Shown: positions 48,053 to 58,455, numbered from the stretch's first letter. The stretch is 64,000 nucleotides of DNA from Desulfurococcaceae archaeon (GCA_038824035.1 JAWBBW010000002.1:64001-128000), one strand, 5' to 3'. Notes: generated from the sequence alone by a model not told the origin. Translations and numbers: made by a program.

Positions 48053-49366
48053 TTAATCTATCAAATCCCCTGCCTCTATTTTGCCCGGTATGTATTTATC
48101 AGCGAGGAATTTTAATCCCTTACTTGCCATAGCCTCTATTTCCAGTTTACTCAATGTTTTGAAGAAAATACACAGCTCCCTTATCCATTCAGGAGTGCGG
48201 AACCATGGATAACCGGTTAAGCCCTCCTTTTTCCTTAATTTATTCCTATATTCTGTGTTATCAATACAGAGCTCTGCGACTTCGTATCCAACTAGCTCTA
48301 TTGCTCTTTCGATATCCCTTGTTTTTGCTTTAATAATGTAATTGCTTCTTTCTTGTTGAGTTAAATAGGGCTTTTTATCACCGAGTTTATCAACGCCTTT
48401 GACGATATTTGCTAATTTCTCCTTAACCCCCTTATTCGAAATCACTTCTCTAAACACATCATTACCAAATATATCTGTCATCATGACCCCGAGGAACTTA
48501 GCAGCCGGAGTTGCCAGTCTTTCGCTTTCATATGAAAGAGTTATGCTACCTATCTTGAAAACACTATATATGTAAAACCCGTAAGGATCGCTATCACATA
48601 ATATGTATACTGGTAGTTTGAACTCATCACTAAGTCTCCTGACAAATCTCCTTGTTGCTCTGTCAGGTTGTCCAGCACTTGTGACAAGGATTGCTCTGTG
48701 TTTTCTCCAAAAACCGTATCTGTGAAGCTGTTGAAACACCGCATCTTTCTCGACAACAAGTATGTACTCGGCATCTATGTCCTTGAACTCTATCAGGTCT
48801 GGTGTTGGTTCAATGGCATAAGCACCATGGCCCATTTTGCTTAGATCTATTGTGTCGTTTCCACTTCTAATCACTAAATTGCCTACAACCTTTCCCTTTT
48901 CTTTGCTAAGGATGAGTAGCTCTTCACGCAAGACGTCTAGGAAGACTTCTAGATCTCTTATAACGCTATCTGATTCCCTCTGATCATCCCATGTATTCTC
49001 ATGGATCTTCTTGCCATCAAATCCCACATAGCTAATACTATGCTTACCCCTATAATATAAGTCACGGATAGTGGGGTACTCATTATTAACTAACGCATCG
49101 TAGATTATGGATGCCATTAGAAGTGTTTGCATGAATTTACGTGATTCATTTACATCTATGAAAGTTCTTCTCTGGACCTCTGGACCAAGTAAAAGGATTT
49201 TATTTTTCATATCATATATAGTGTTCGATAATGTTCTCTTAGGTATCACCATTACTGGCTTTTCTTCATTAATAATTGTTTTGGCTAATTCACTGAAAGT
49301 GTTTTTTATCAATTCAATTGCCTTGATTCGGGCTTTAATATCTATTTCTGACGATGTAGAAGACAT
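48053..49366 (-). CDS. top6A: DNA topoisomerase VI subunit A
   Basis: TIRDLYYRG catalytic Tyr, VVEKDA, DSDPYG Toprim, KLEIEA. Confidence 0.97.
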   Translation of the reverse strand: MSSTSSEIDIKARIKAIELIKNTFSELAKTIINEEKPVMVIPKRTLSNTIYDMKNKILLLGPEVQRRTFIDVNESRKFMQTLLMASIIYDALVNNEYPTIRDLYYRGKHSISYVGFDGKKIHENTWDDQRESDSVIRDLEVFLDVLREELLILSKEKGKVVGNLVIRSGNDTIDLSKMGHGAYAIEPTPDLIEFKDIDAEYILVVEKDAVFQQLHRYGFWRKHRAILVTSAGQPDRATRRFVRRLSDEFKLPVYILCDSDPYGFYIYSVFKIGSITLSYESERLATPAAKFLGVMMTDIFGNDVFREVISNKGVKEKLANIVKGVDKLGDKKPYLTQQERSNYIIKAKTRDIERAIELVGYEVAELCIDNTEYRNKLRKKEGLTGYPWFRTPEWIRELCIFFKTLSKLEIEAMASKGLKFLADKYIPGKIEAGDLID

Positions 49367-49383
49367 GCGTCTCAGCCTTTTTC

Positions 49384-51000
49384 CTAAAAACCTATTTCTA
49401 CCGTAGAAACTATGCGTTGTATTTCGGAAACTGGGATGCCAGTCTTATTTGAGACTATTACCACTAATTTTTCCATAAGTGTTTTTTCCATTTGGTCATT
49501 GCCAGACAGCATTTTGGCAAGACTTCGTACAACCTCGGGTATATATTTGGAAATAGCTTCAGCTTTACGCTTTATTTCCTCTTCTTTCATTCTCTTACCT
49601 ATATATGTCTTCAAGGCACGTAAAATATCCATCAATGCCAACTTAATCTCTCTCCTTATTTCCGGGACATCTGCAATACTTTCTTTCCCCACACCCTTGA
49701 AGGGGACCTTAGTACTACATACATGGACCAAAATGGCGATGGGGGCTGGAAATGAAATTCCATAGTTTTCCCAATTTATATCTTCTTTAACCACGAATGT
49801 TGTCACATCACTGCTTTCATCATATAATAATGGTATTTTATTAGCATATCTCAATATCAATGGCTTATCATCCTCGCTAAGAGGGGTTTTACCTCCATAT
49901 GCTACACCAGCCTCCACTGCAAAGGAATGTCCACTATAGGATTGGGGTTTCCTGGATACCGCGTGTACGAATTCCGGGTTAAACATCCTCTTTAAACCAG
50001 CTGTGATGATCTCGGGTCCAAGAGGAGATATGGAGATATGGGATGGAGATCTAAAGCCTGTGAAACTTTTCATGACGTTTATTAATCTCAATAGTTCATC
50101 GTCAGATATAGCTCTTGGCGACTTAGATGGCTCTATTTCTGCCTCTCTCAACAACGCTAATGCAGTGGATTCTCCAATACTCTGAAATCCCCTAATGAGC
50201 ATTTCCTTTATATCTTTAAACTCATGTAAATCTCTTAGCTGTTTTAACATCTCTATGTCAACTCCGTGTGGATGTGGCCTTACTTCTCTCGGAGGAGAAG
50301 GTAATTTATCAATGATTCTAGGATAGTAGACCACCTCATTCTCAGGGGTGTATGCAACTATATTAGCGTAAGGTGTAACTATGGCGGTTCTATGCAAATA
50401 TTCCAATATCCTTGACTTGGCCCTACTCCAGTCACCCTCTATGGTAACAGTCACAATGGTTCCATGCCATTCACGGCTCTTTCTCCACGAACCCCTCTCG
50501 ATTATCACGGGCTCATTTTTATTGATATCTATTCGTAACTTAAAATAATATATGCGCCTATACCCCTCTTTACTGGTAACAATTTCAACCGGCCTCCCAG
50601 TGGTTAATTGTCCATATAGAACTACCATTTTTACTCCAAGACCATACATCCCTCTTGTTTGTTTCAGTACATACTTGCTACTAAATAACACCTTACCAAA
50701 CGCATGTGGAACTATATCCGGGGGGATACCTATTCCATTGTCTTCCACAGTTATCTTGTAAAATTCCTGTACTTCGTCAACTCTACGTATTGAGATCTTG
50801 ATATCAGGAAATATGCCATGTGCATCTGTAGCATCAAGTGCGTTCTCCACTAATTCCCTAATGGCCTGGTAAAAAGCCCTGGCTGGATTAGCGAATCCTG
50901 CTATTTCTCTGTATTTGTAGAAGAACTCTGCCGGACTTATGGCTCTATATTTTTCCACGATCTCGTCCAATCCTAAACACCGTGTAAGCACATTACGCAT
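49384..51000 (-). CDS. top6B: DNA topoisomerase VI subunit B (likely TTG start at 50970)
   Basis: ELVENALDA, DNGIGI, RGMYGLG, RYANKIPL. Confidence 0.97.
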   Translation of the reverse strand: MRNVLTRCLGLDEIVEKYRAISPAEFFYKYREIAGFANPARAFYQAIRELVENALDATDAHGIFPDIKISIRRVDEVQEFYKITVEDNGIGIPPDIVPHAFGKVLFSSKYVLKQTRGMYGLGVKMVVLYGQLTTGRPVEIVTSKEGYRRIYYFKLRIDINKNEPVIIERGSWRKSREWHGTIVTVTIEGDWSRAKSRILEYLHRTAIVTPYANIVAYTPENEVVYYPRIIDKLPSPPREVRPHPHGVDIEMLKQLRDLHEFKDIKEMLIRGFQSIGESTALALLREAEIEPSKSPRAISDDELLRLINVMKSFTGFRSPSHISISPLGPEIITAGLKRMFNPEFVHAVSRKPQSYSGHSFAVEAGVAYGGKTPLSEDDKPLILRYANKIPLLYDESSDVTTFVVKEDINWENYGISFPAPIAILVHVCSTKVPFKGVGKESIADVPEIRREIKLALMDILRALKTYIGKRMKEEEIKRKAEAISKYIPEVVRSLAKMLSGNDQMEKTLMEKLVVIVSNKTGIPVSEIQRIVSTVEIGF

Positions 51001-51146
51001 TATTATAATAGATTAATACTTGGGTTAAAAGCCCAGACATTAGAAATTCAGGGGAAATAGTGTCGTTCAACCCTCTTTCTATTTCACTTTAAAGCCTTTT
51101 ACTCATCGAAGCTTAGAAAGCCGTGTTGAATATATCCAGGTGATGC

Positions 51147-51545
51147 ATGGTGAAAGGTGTATCAGGAATAGTGGCCACGGCAATTTTACTTGCATTGACT
51201 ATTGCGGGCGGAGTGTTCTTATACAACTACGTCTCGCACTATTTAAATACTTCCACGAAGACCGGCAACATAGTAATAGAGAACGCCATTTTGATCAGAT
51301 CGTTAAGGAGATTGGATGTAACAGTGAGAAATATAGGTCTCGGCGATGCCAGAGTAATAGGCGTAGAAATAGTGGGAGCCGTAAACAAAGAATACGAGGC
51401 CGATGTCGTTATACCTACTGGTAAAACCACAACGATTTACATAAACATAGATGAACAAAGCATCCTAAATATCAGCGGCGAACTATACGTGAGAGTGAAA
51501 TATGATAAAACCGTAACTGAGCCCATTTCTGTCAGAATACTATAA
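51147..51545 (+). CDS. Type IV pilin-like protein
   Basis: Class III signal peptide MVKG|VSGIVATAILLALTIAGGVFLY; VTVRNIG beta-rich domain. Confidence 0.85.
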   Translation: MVKGVSGIVATAILLALTIAGGVFLYNYVSHYLNTSTKTGNIVIENAILIRSLRRLDVTVRNIGLGDARVIGVEIVGAVNKEYEADVVIPTGKTTTIYINIDEQSILNISGELYVRVKYDKTVTEPISVRIL

Positions 51546-51567
51546 AATATACTAAGGTGTTCACATA

Positions 51568-53112
51568 GTGATGAAACCCCTGGTTCTTTTTTTATCTAAA
51601 TTAAAATCTCCTTTTTACAAAACATTAATGAAAAAAGAAGAAATGATCACGAGTGAATTGTATTCTCTTATAAAACAAATATATTTAGATGGATATATAG
51701 TCGAAAAAATCCCGCTTAACGAGATTATAGAGACCTATTCTATCAAGGACGTGGTCAAGGTAATCATAGGCTTAGGCAAGGATATGTTGACATATGTAAT
51801 TGAAGAACCCGATATTAATGAAAACATTATGAGGGAGGTTTTCAACAAGATACATGAGTGTTTAATTAGTTCAACAAATTGTATCAATCAATTAGAGTTA
51901 GATAAAAATACCTTGGACGAACGATCATACGTATTTTTGAAGATAAATAGTAATTATGGACCTTTAACACCATTAATCCTTGATTCAAATATCGAGGATA
52001 TATCTATTAGTGAAAATGATCGAAGGATCTATGTAATACATAGCAGATATTCATGGTATGGATGGTTAAAGACAAACATCGTGTTAAAGCCTGAAACACT
52101 TGATAGAATTATATTAGCATTTTCACGTAAAGCCGGAAAACATATCTCACTCATAAAACCCCTTGTTGAAGGTACATATGAAGGGAAAACAAGAATTAGT
52201 GCAATATATAGTGACATGGTATCCAGGACTGGAAGTAGCTTAGTCATAAGGAGAAAAACGAGAGAAGAATGGACCATAACAAGGTTGATCAATGAAGGAA
52301 TAATAGACAGTGTAACAGCGGCATATCTATGGCTTGTTCTAGAGAATAAAGGGTGGATAATTATAGCTGGCCAGGTAGGTGCTGGCAAAACAACATTAAC
52401 CCAGGCATTACTCAACTTGGTCCCCCCGACTCGGAAAGTGATAATAATAGAAGATGTGCCAGAACTACATATCATACACGGTTTATGGGAATCGCTGGTG
52501 GAGAAAAACGAAGTCTTTGGAATAACACCCGAAATAAGTTCTTATAAACTATTGAAATTTGCCCTCCGAAGAAGACCTGATTACGTAGTGATAGGAGAGG
52601 TGAGAGGAGTAGAAGCACGGCTTTTAGTACAAGCATCTAGGCTTGGACACGGTGTTTTAAATACAATACATGCAGATAGCCCGGTTTCAGTGTTACAGAG
52701 ACTCACAGCACCGCCCATCTCAATACCATTAGATCTTCTCGATAACATATGGTGTATTGTAATGATAGGCCTGGTAGATAATAAAAAACGCAAAGTCCTC
52801 TCAGTACACGAAGTTGGGGATGGATCAAAACTTATACCTATATGTATATTCACGAATGAGAATAATTCATGTGATATAAGTGAAATTCTGAAAAACACTT
52901 ATAGATTCTCCAAAGTATACAAGAAAGATGAGTTATATAGTAAGTTAATTGAGCGTGCATTATTCTTAGAAAGACTAGTTTCAAGCGGGGTTTTTGATCT
53001 AAACGAATTTTCGATCAAACTACTCGATTTCTATAATAGAAACATCTCGGGAAAAACAGGTGCAATAGATCATGCCAAAGATGAGTGGGCTATTTTACAA
53101 CAGTATATATAA
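51568..53112 (+). CDS. Type II/IV secretion (pilus assembly) ATPase
   Basis: IEDISI, GQVGAGKTT, IEDVPE, RRRPDYVVIGEVRG, GHG..TIHA. Confidence 0.93.
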   Translation: MMKPLVLFLSKLKSPFYKTLMKKEEMITSELYSLIKQIYLDGYIVEKIPLNEIIETYSIKDVVKVIIGLGKDMLTYVIEEPDINENIMREVFNKIHECLISSTNCINQLELDKNTLDERSYVFLKINSNYGPLTPLILDSNIEDISISENDRRIYVIHSRYSWYGWLKTNIVLKPETLDRIILAFSRKAGKHISLIKPLVEGTYEGKTRISAIYSDMVSRTGSSLVIRRKTREEWTITRLINEGIIDSVTAAYLWLVLENKGWIIIAGQVGAGKTTLTQALLNLVPPTRKVIIIEDVPELHIIHGLWESLVEKNEVFGITPEISSYKLLKFALRRRPDYVVIGEVRGVEARLLVQASRLGHGVLNTIHADSPVSVLQRLTAPPISIPLDLLDNIWCIVMIGLVDNKKRKVLSVHEVGDGSKLIPICIFTNENNSCDISEILKNTYRFSKVYKKDELYSKLIERALFLERLVSSGVFDLNEFSIKLLDFYNRNISGKTGAIDHAKDEWAILQQYI

Positions 53113-54376
53113 GAAAAGCGGGAAGATTAGAAATATTGATAAGTGTCTTGAGAAGGAATTTATTCAGATCCTCATAATAAATTCCGCTCTAGAATCTAGT
53201 GGTTTAAAAATATATGATCTATTTAACATGATTCACCATAACAAGGTAAAGGTTCCACTATGTTACAAGAACTTGGCTGGTATCTACGTATTCCTAGAAA
53301 GATCCCTTGGAGATCCCCATTTATCATTAAGAAAACTGAGCGAGGTCTTACAAAACAAAAGGATCTCTAGTTTTCTCAGAGAATATGCAAATGTGCTAAT
53401 AAGCACAGGGGATACACGGAGCTATGTTGACTCGGTTTTAAGGGAAGAAATGACTAGGATAAGAACTAGAATCTCTGAAACACTGAAATTTGTGGACCTT
53501 CTTTACGAATCCATATTAATACTAACCATTGGTTTTTCATTGATACTGATAATGCCATTTATCAACATACCACTTTATATTACACAGTTTTCCATAGTCA
53601 TGATCGGCTTAATAGGCTATATGATTGCGTCAAGCATTTTAAGCAATATAGATATCGCGATCCCCAAGTTTATAATGATGATCGATACAATATATATTAT
53701 TTCGTCATGTATATTGATAGTGAACAATTATGGAATATTAGTTCATGGATTACTTATATTGCCATTGTACTTGATAATTAAGAGAAAAAGCTTAAATGTC
53801 TTCAGACTAGAGAATGCCGGCCTGGCATTGTTACGTAGTATATATTCAAGCATAACGCTAAACATGCCCATCGATAAAGCCATCAGTACTAGCCTGGAAA
53901 GACAGCCCTTCCGCGAATTTAAATTGATTAATCACTATTTTAAAATGGGTCTAAATATCGAAGAGATCGTGTATCGCCTTGAACTACCTAACCTAGTTAA
54001 GAAAATATTCTACTTAATTACCACACCAATGCTTTATAGCAATTGGAGAGGCCATTACATATTCAGCGTCATCAGGATATTTGACCATTTAATTGATATT
54101 AGAAAATATATTGTAGAGAAGGCTAGGTCGTATGTTTTATATTCTATAATATTAACAGCATTGATATTCATATCATATGTATTGATCTCGAGATCTGATC
54201 TCATGATCTCCAGTGAAACTATGGATATGTTATATGTTCATGGATATCTAGGGTTCTTATCCATGTATATACCGGCATCATTGCTTAAAGACAGAGGATT
54301 TACGTCATCTAGTACGAGTGTTTTTTTAATTCCATTGATATCATGTATCACATATTTGCTGTTAAAATGTCTTTGA
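53072..54376 (+). CDS. TadC/ArlJ-like membrane platform protein
   Basis: Alternating cytoplasmic and TM blocks; overlaps the ATPase gene. Confidence 0.72.
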   Translation: MPKMSGLFYNSIYKKSGKIRNIDKCLEKEFIQILIINSALESSGLKIYDLFNMIHHNKVKVPLCYKNLAGIYVFLERSLGDPHLSLRKLSEVLQNKRISSFLREYANVLISTGDTRSYVDSVLREEMTRIRTRISETLKFVDLLYESILILTIGFSLILIMPFINIPLYITQFSIVMIGLIGYMIASSILSNIDIAIPKFIMMIDTIYIISSCILIVNNYGILVHGLLILPLYLIIKRKSLNVFRLENAGLALLRSIYSSITLNMPIDKAISTSLERQPFREFKLINHYFKMGLNIEEIVYRLELPNLVKKIFYLITTPMLYSNWRGHYIFSVIRIFDHLIDIRKYIVEKARSYVLYSIILTALIFISYVLISRSDLMISSETMDMLYVHGYLGFLSMYIPASLLKDRGFTSSSTSVFLIPLISCITYLLLKCL

Positions 54377-54405
54377 TCCGGAAATTCGACGATTAGCAAT
54401 GAGAT

Positions 54406-55854
54406 CTATCCTTTCACCACACCTATCGGTATCATCCTTATCACAGGCTTAGCTATTTTAACTTTGTGAGCAACTAGCACAACTCTGTCGACATCTTTAT
54501 ATGCTTCTGGTGCTTCTTCACTCAATACCCTACGAGTAGCCGCTCTGACCAATATTCCCTTACGGTTTAATTCGTTGATCACTTTTTCTGGGGTATGAGA
54601 TCTTATCGCATCACCTCTGCTTAACCATCTGCCAGCTCCATGGGGGGCGCTGTACCAGGTTCTAGCGCCTTCTGGTATACCTACCAATATATAGCTGGCT
54701 GTGCCCATACTACCCGGTATCAAGACTGGTTGTCCAATGTTCATATAATCGCTTGGAATCTCTGGATGTCCTGGTGGAAAGGCACGAGTAGCCCCTTTTC
54801 TATGGACGACTACTTTGTACTTCTTATTATCAATGACGTGTTCCTCCACCTTAGCAATATTGTGTGCGACATCGTATATGGTCTCTATACCCAGGGTCTC
54901 TGGATCCTTTTTAAATACCTGCCTAAAACTTTCTCTCACCCAGTGCGTTATTATCTGCCTATTTGTCCATGCAAAATTCGCCGCCGCCGCCATGGCTTTG
55001 AAATAATCCTGTGCTTCAGGAGATTGGAAGGGGAGTGCCGCCAACTCTCTATCAGGTACCGTGATCCCATATTTTCTCATAGCCCTTTCCATGATCATTA
55101 GATAATCGCTTGCGACCTGATGTCCAAGCCCCCTGCTACCAGTGTGTATCATTATCGTTATCTGGCCTGTTTCAGTTATACCCATTACCTTTGCTATTTC
55201 ATAGTCATATATTTGATCGACAACTTGTATCTCGAGAAAATGATTCCCAGCACCCAGAGTTCCCAATTGCTCGTGTCCTCTTCTCTTAGCTACATTGCTC
55301 ACCTTGCTAGCATCCGCTACATTCATACATCCCTTTTCTTCTATGTGTTCTATGTCCCTTTTCCACCCAAATCCATGTTCCACTGCCCATTTAACACCAT
55401 TTTCCAATACCTCGTCAAGATCTCTGAGACTTAGTCTTAATTGACCAGTAGCGCCAACACCACTGGGTATATTCCTGAACAATGCATCGACTAATTCCTT
55501 TATCTTGTCTTTTATATCGTCTACTGAAAGATTTGTCCTCAACACTCTTACTCCACAATTAATGTCGTATCCAACACCACCTGGACTAATCACGCCCTCT
55601 TCTAAATCAAAACCAGCTACCCCTCCTATTGGGAATCCATATCCCTGATGGCCATCAGGCATCACATATGAATATAACCGTATACCTGGTAAACAAGCAA
55701 CATTTACCGCTTGTTCGAGCGTAAGGTCGCTTTCCATTTTTTCAAGCAAATATTCATCAGCGAATATGATCGCATCTGTTTTCATACATGATTTGTAACC
55801 GGCGGGAATTCTCCACTCGTAATTATCAATTCTCTCTAACCTTGCACGCGGCAT
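54406..55854 (-). CDS. rtcB: tRNA-splicing ligase RtcB
   Basis: MPDGHQGYGFPIGG, GYDINCG, GNHFLE, HRKGAT, HGAGR; no intein. Confidence 0.97.
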   Translation of the reverse strand: MPRARLERIDNYEWRIPAGYKSCMKTDAIIFADEYLLEKMESDLTLEQAVNVACLPGIRLYSYVMPDGHQGYGFPIGGVAGFDLEEGVISPGGVGYDINCGVRVLRTNLSVDDIKDKIKELVDALFRNIPSGVGATGQLRLSLRDLDEVLENGVKWAVEHGFGWKRDIEHIEEKGCMNVADASKVSNVAKRRGHEQLGTLGAGNHFLEIQVVDQIYDYEIAKVMGITETGQITIMIHTGSRGLGHQVASDYLMIMERAMRKYGITVPDRELAALPFQSPEAQDYFKAMAAAANFAWTNRQIITHWVRESFRQVFKKDPETLGIETIYDVAHNIAKVEEHVIDNKKYKVVVHRKGATRAFPPGHPEIPSDYMNIGQPVLIPGSMGTASYILVGIPEGARTWYSAPHGAGRWLSRGDAIRSHTPEKVINELNRKGILVRAATRRVLSEEAPEAYKDVDRVVLVAHKVKIAKPVIRMIPIGVVKG

Positions 55855-55898
55855 TTAAAACACCTATTTATTTTAATCGGAAAAATGGTTTTAATGTA

Positions 55899-57203
55899 TT
55901 ATTGCACGGAGAGTTGGTTTCGCTTCAAATACTCAGATATTTCATTAAGGTCTACGTGTAATTGATATCCAGTTTTCATGTCTTTCAACAATACCTTATT
56001 ATTTTTATATTCTCTTTCACCAATAATCAGCACTTTATCAAATCCTTTTTTACCTGCGTATTCCAGTATTCTGGATAACGATCTATGCCTATATACGGAA
56101 AACGAAGTATTGTCCAAGGATCTCAATCTCCCTAAAATATCATAGCCTTTACTTAATGGGATATCGCCCACTAATGCCACTAAGACTTTCGATCTAGTGT
56201 CGACCAATTCACGCAGATCCTTCTCTAAGACTAAGACCACCCTATCTAACCCTAGTGCTAATCCAGTGAAGTATTCAAAAACACCTTTATAGACCACTGA
56301 GAGACCATCGTATCTTCCCCCACCACCGATACTTACATCTAGATTACTTGGAACTTTGTACTCAAAGATTAAGCCAGTATAGTATGCTAATCCCCGCACT
56401 AGTTTGGGATCATATCTAACATCATAACCGAGTTCTTTCAATGTATAGATAAATCCAACCAATCTATTGTATTCGTTCACGACTTTTTCATAATCATCTC
56501 TAAATATGTTCTTCATATCGTTTATGAAGCCCTCGAGCTTGTCGAGTTTAAGCTCCGTTATTTCCTTAAATAAATCTACGTATTCAGAGCTAGTTGTACT
56601 CAATAATACCTCGATCGCTTTATCTATCATGTCCTTATCTATCAGGTGTAATACATGATCTTGTGTTTCTTCGGAAATTCCAATGTTTTTCATAAATGCC
56701 CTATAGATCGCCACATTCCCGACAACGTAATGGTGTTTAATGCCTATATCATCTAAAAAAGAACTGGCAGTATATGCTACTAGAACATCTGCATTGACAT
56801 CGGGATCTCCTATTATCTCTAAACCGCCTTGCCAGAACTCCCTGTACCTAGCATATTGGGGTTCTTCGTATCTAAAGCACTGTGAAATATAATACAGTCT
56901 AATAGGCTTTGATTCACCACGCATGTGTCTTAAATAAGCTCTAACAACGCTGGCAGTAACCTCTGGTCTTAAAGCTACTAATCTGCCGGCTTTATCCTCA
57001 AATACATACATAGATTTCCTTATTTCCTCGCCACTTTTCACTTCAAATAGTCTTAGATATTCGATAGTAGGAGTTATTATCGGCTCGAACCCATGTAATC
57101 TCGCTATTTTCCTAAACTTAAGCATTATATATTCATATATTTCTGCATCTTTACCAACGATATCTCTCATACCTCGAGGCGGATTAAGGTACTCCTCGCT
57201 CAT
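55899..57203 (-). CDS. hisS: Histidyl-tRNA synthetase
   Basis: PPRGMRD, LRPEVT, FRYEEPQ, RGLAYYTG, GGGRYD. Confidence 0.97.
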   Translation of the reverse strand: MSEEYLNPPRGMRDIVGKDAEIYEYIMLKFRKIARLHGFEPIITPTIEYLRLFEVKSGEEIRKSMYVFEDKAGRLVALRPEVTASVVRAYLRHMRGESKPIRLYYISQCFRYEEPQYARYREFWQGGLEIIGDPDVNADVLVAYTASSFLDDIGIKHHYVVGNVAIYRAFMKNIGISEETQDHVLHLIDKDMIDKAIEVLLSTTSSEYVDLFKEITELKLDKLEGFINDMKNIFRDDYEKVVNEYNRLVGFIYTLKELGYDVRYDPKLVRGLAYYTGLIFEYKVPSNLDVSIGGGGRYDGLSVVYKGVFEYFTGLALGLDRVVLVLEKDLRELVDTRSKVLVALVGDIPLSKGYDILGRLRSLDNTSFSVYRHRSLSRILEYAGKKGFDKVLIIGEREYKNNKVLLKDMKTGYQLHVDLNEISEYLKRNQLSVQ

Positions 57204-57204
57204 G

Positions 57205-57738
57205 TTAAGTCACCAGCGGCGTGATTGAATTGATCTCGTAATATGTCAAATCTCCCTGTAAACTTACAATGGCCAGGATTATTGATAAGTTATTTTTCAT
57301 AGCTTCACTCACCAGGTTTATCAATAGATCCGGGCTTATCATCATTTTCTCCTCTAATACTATAACCAACTTGAGATCACCTGTCTTGTCCTTCACTATT
57401 AAACGCATATCTCCCAATACTCTTACTCTCCTACCTCTATCTCTCAAGTCCTTATAGACTGCCAGCATTGGCCAGAAGAATTTTTCCAGGCACTCGTGTT
57501 TCTCCTTCACAAGATCATCTAGACTGTCAATCACCTTATCTCCCATAACTACACGAACTCTTTTCTGGAGAAGCAGATAGGCTATCTCCAGCATATTTAG
57601 AACGACGCCATCTGCAACAGGGGTTCCAAACCATCTCTCTAAGAGCTCTTCTACGCGATTATCTCTCCTTGCATAACCACTACAGGTATTGTTAATGAAA
57701 ACAACACTAACCATATCATTGGACACAATTATCGCCAT
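57205..57738 (-). CDS. tRNA-splicing endonuclease structural (non-catalytic) subunit
   Basis: LEIAYL, VYKDLRDRG, AIVSLQGDLTYY; catalytic Tyr/His/Lys not visible. Confidence 0.8.
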   Translation of the reverse strand: MAIIVSNDMVSVVFINNTCSGYARRDNRVEELLERWFGTPVADGVVLNMLEIAYLLLQKRVRVVMGDKVIDSLDDLVKEKHECLEKFFWPMLAVYKDLRDRGRRVRVLGDMRLIVKDKTGDLKLVIVLEEKMMISPDLLINLVSEAMKNNLSIILAIVSLQGDLTYYEINSITPLVT

Positions 57739-57777
57739 TATCTAGATAATTCTATGGAATACTTGATACCTTATACT

Positions 57778-58050
57778 CTAAAAACCTCGTTCCACGAGCC
57801 TTATCAAGATGCTTGTTTTAGGTAGGATCTCGATTATATTGTCAAGTAAACGATCGCATTCACCTATTAGATCCACTAATAGATGATTAGTAAATAACTT
57901 GACCTCAACTAATACGTTTTCACATTTAAAGAGTCGTAATGACTCCATATGGTTGTACATCTCGTTACACTGTTCTTTAAGGATTTTGATAATATTTTCA
58001 TAAATTTTATTGTTCTCCTTCATTATATCAATCATAACATGTTTGATCAA
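57778..58050 (-). CDS. Hypothetical protein, degenerate AdoMet-decarboxylase-like
   Basis: KHVMIDI, LLVDLIG, IRLVERG resemble SpeD-family segments; ESH site absent. Confidence 0.45.
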   Translation of the reverse strand: MIKHVMIDIMKENNKIYENIIKILKEQCNEMYNHMESLRLFKCENVLVEVKLFTNHLLVDLIGECDRLLDNIIEILPKTSILIRLVERGF

Positions 58051-58061
58051 TTTCCTCCCCT

Positions 58062-58361
58062 CTAAAAATAGTCCTTTATTAATTCTTCCACGGTTTTCTT
58101 ATCAGCTACGATTATTATCTTAATGCCAGTTTCCTCGATGTATCCATATAATTCAGGATCAATTGAAAGCGTGAACAACAACCATGGATCATATTGCTCT
58201 ATCAATTCTTCCAAATAATCTAGGTTTTCCGGTTTCTCAATTCTCTTAACTATCTTGTTTTCTACGACATCGTAAAGCACTATATCCTTTGCACTGTTGA
58301 AATCAACAACGTTTTCTCCGCTACATGTTATCAACACATATCTCAATATTCTTACACCCAT
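58062..58361 (-). CDS. NifB/NifX-like (FeMo cofactor family) small protein
   Basis: VDF..A..IVLYDV.E and GIKII...KTVEELI pattern. Confidence 0.55.
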   Translation of the reverse strand: MGVRILRYVLITCSGENVVDFNSAKDIVLYDVVENKIVKRIEKPENLDYLEELIEQYDPWLLFTLSIDPELYGYIEETGIKIIIVADKKTVEELIKDYF

Positions 58362-58455
58362 TTACTCTTATGGAATAATTATGTTATTATGCTATTCGTT
58401 ATAATAAGGGGTTTTAGAACCTTATAACTCACAATAACAAATCAGCGGGGTCGAC

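Noticed and set aside
51000-51146. UV-responsive ANTTTC element upstream of the pilin gene (Ups-like regulation)
   Set aside because: The nearest sequence is TATTTC, which does not match, so there is no support for calling the locus ups
23857-55854. Inteins in PolB, RadA, Top6 or RtcB
   Set aside because: Lengths are normal apart from the short Top6A inserts, and no C/S...HN splice motifs or LAGLIDADG blocks are visible
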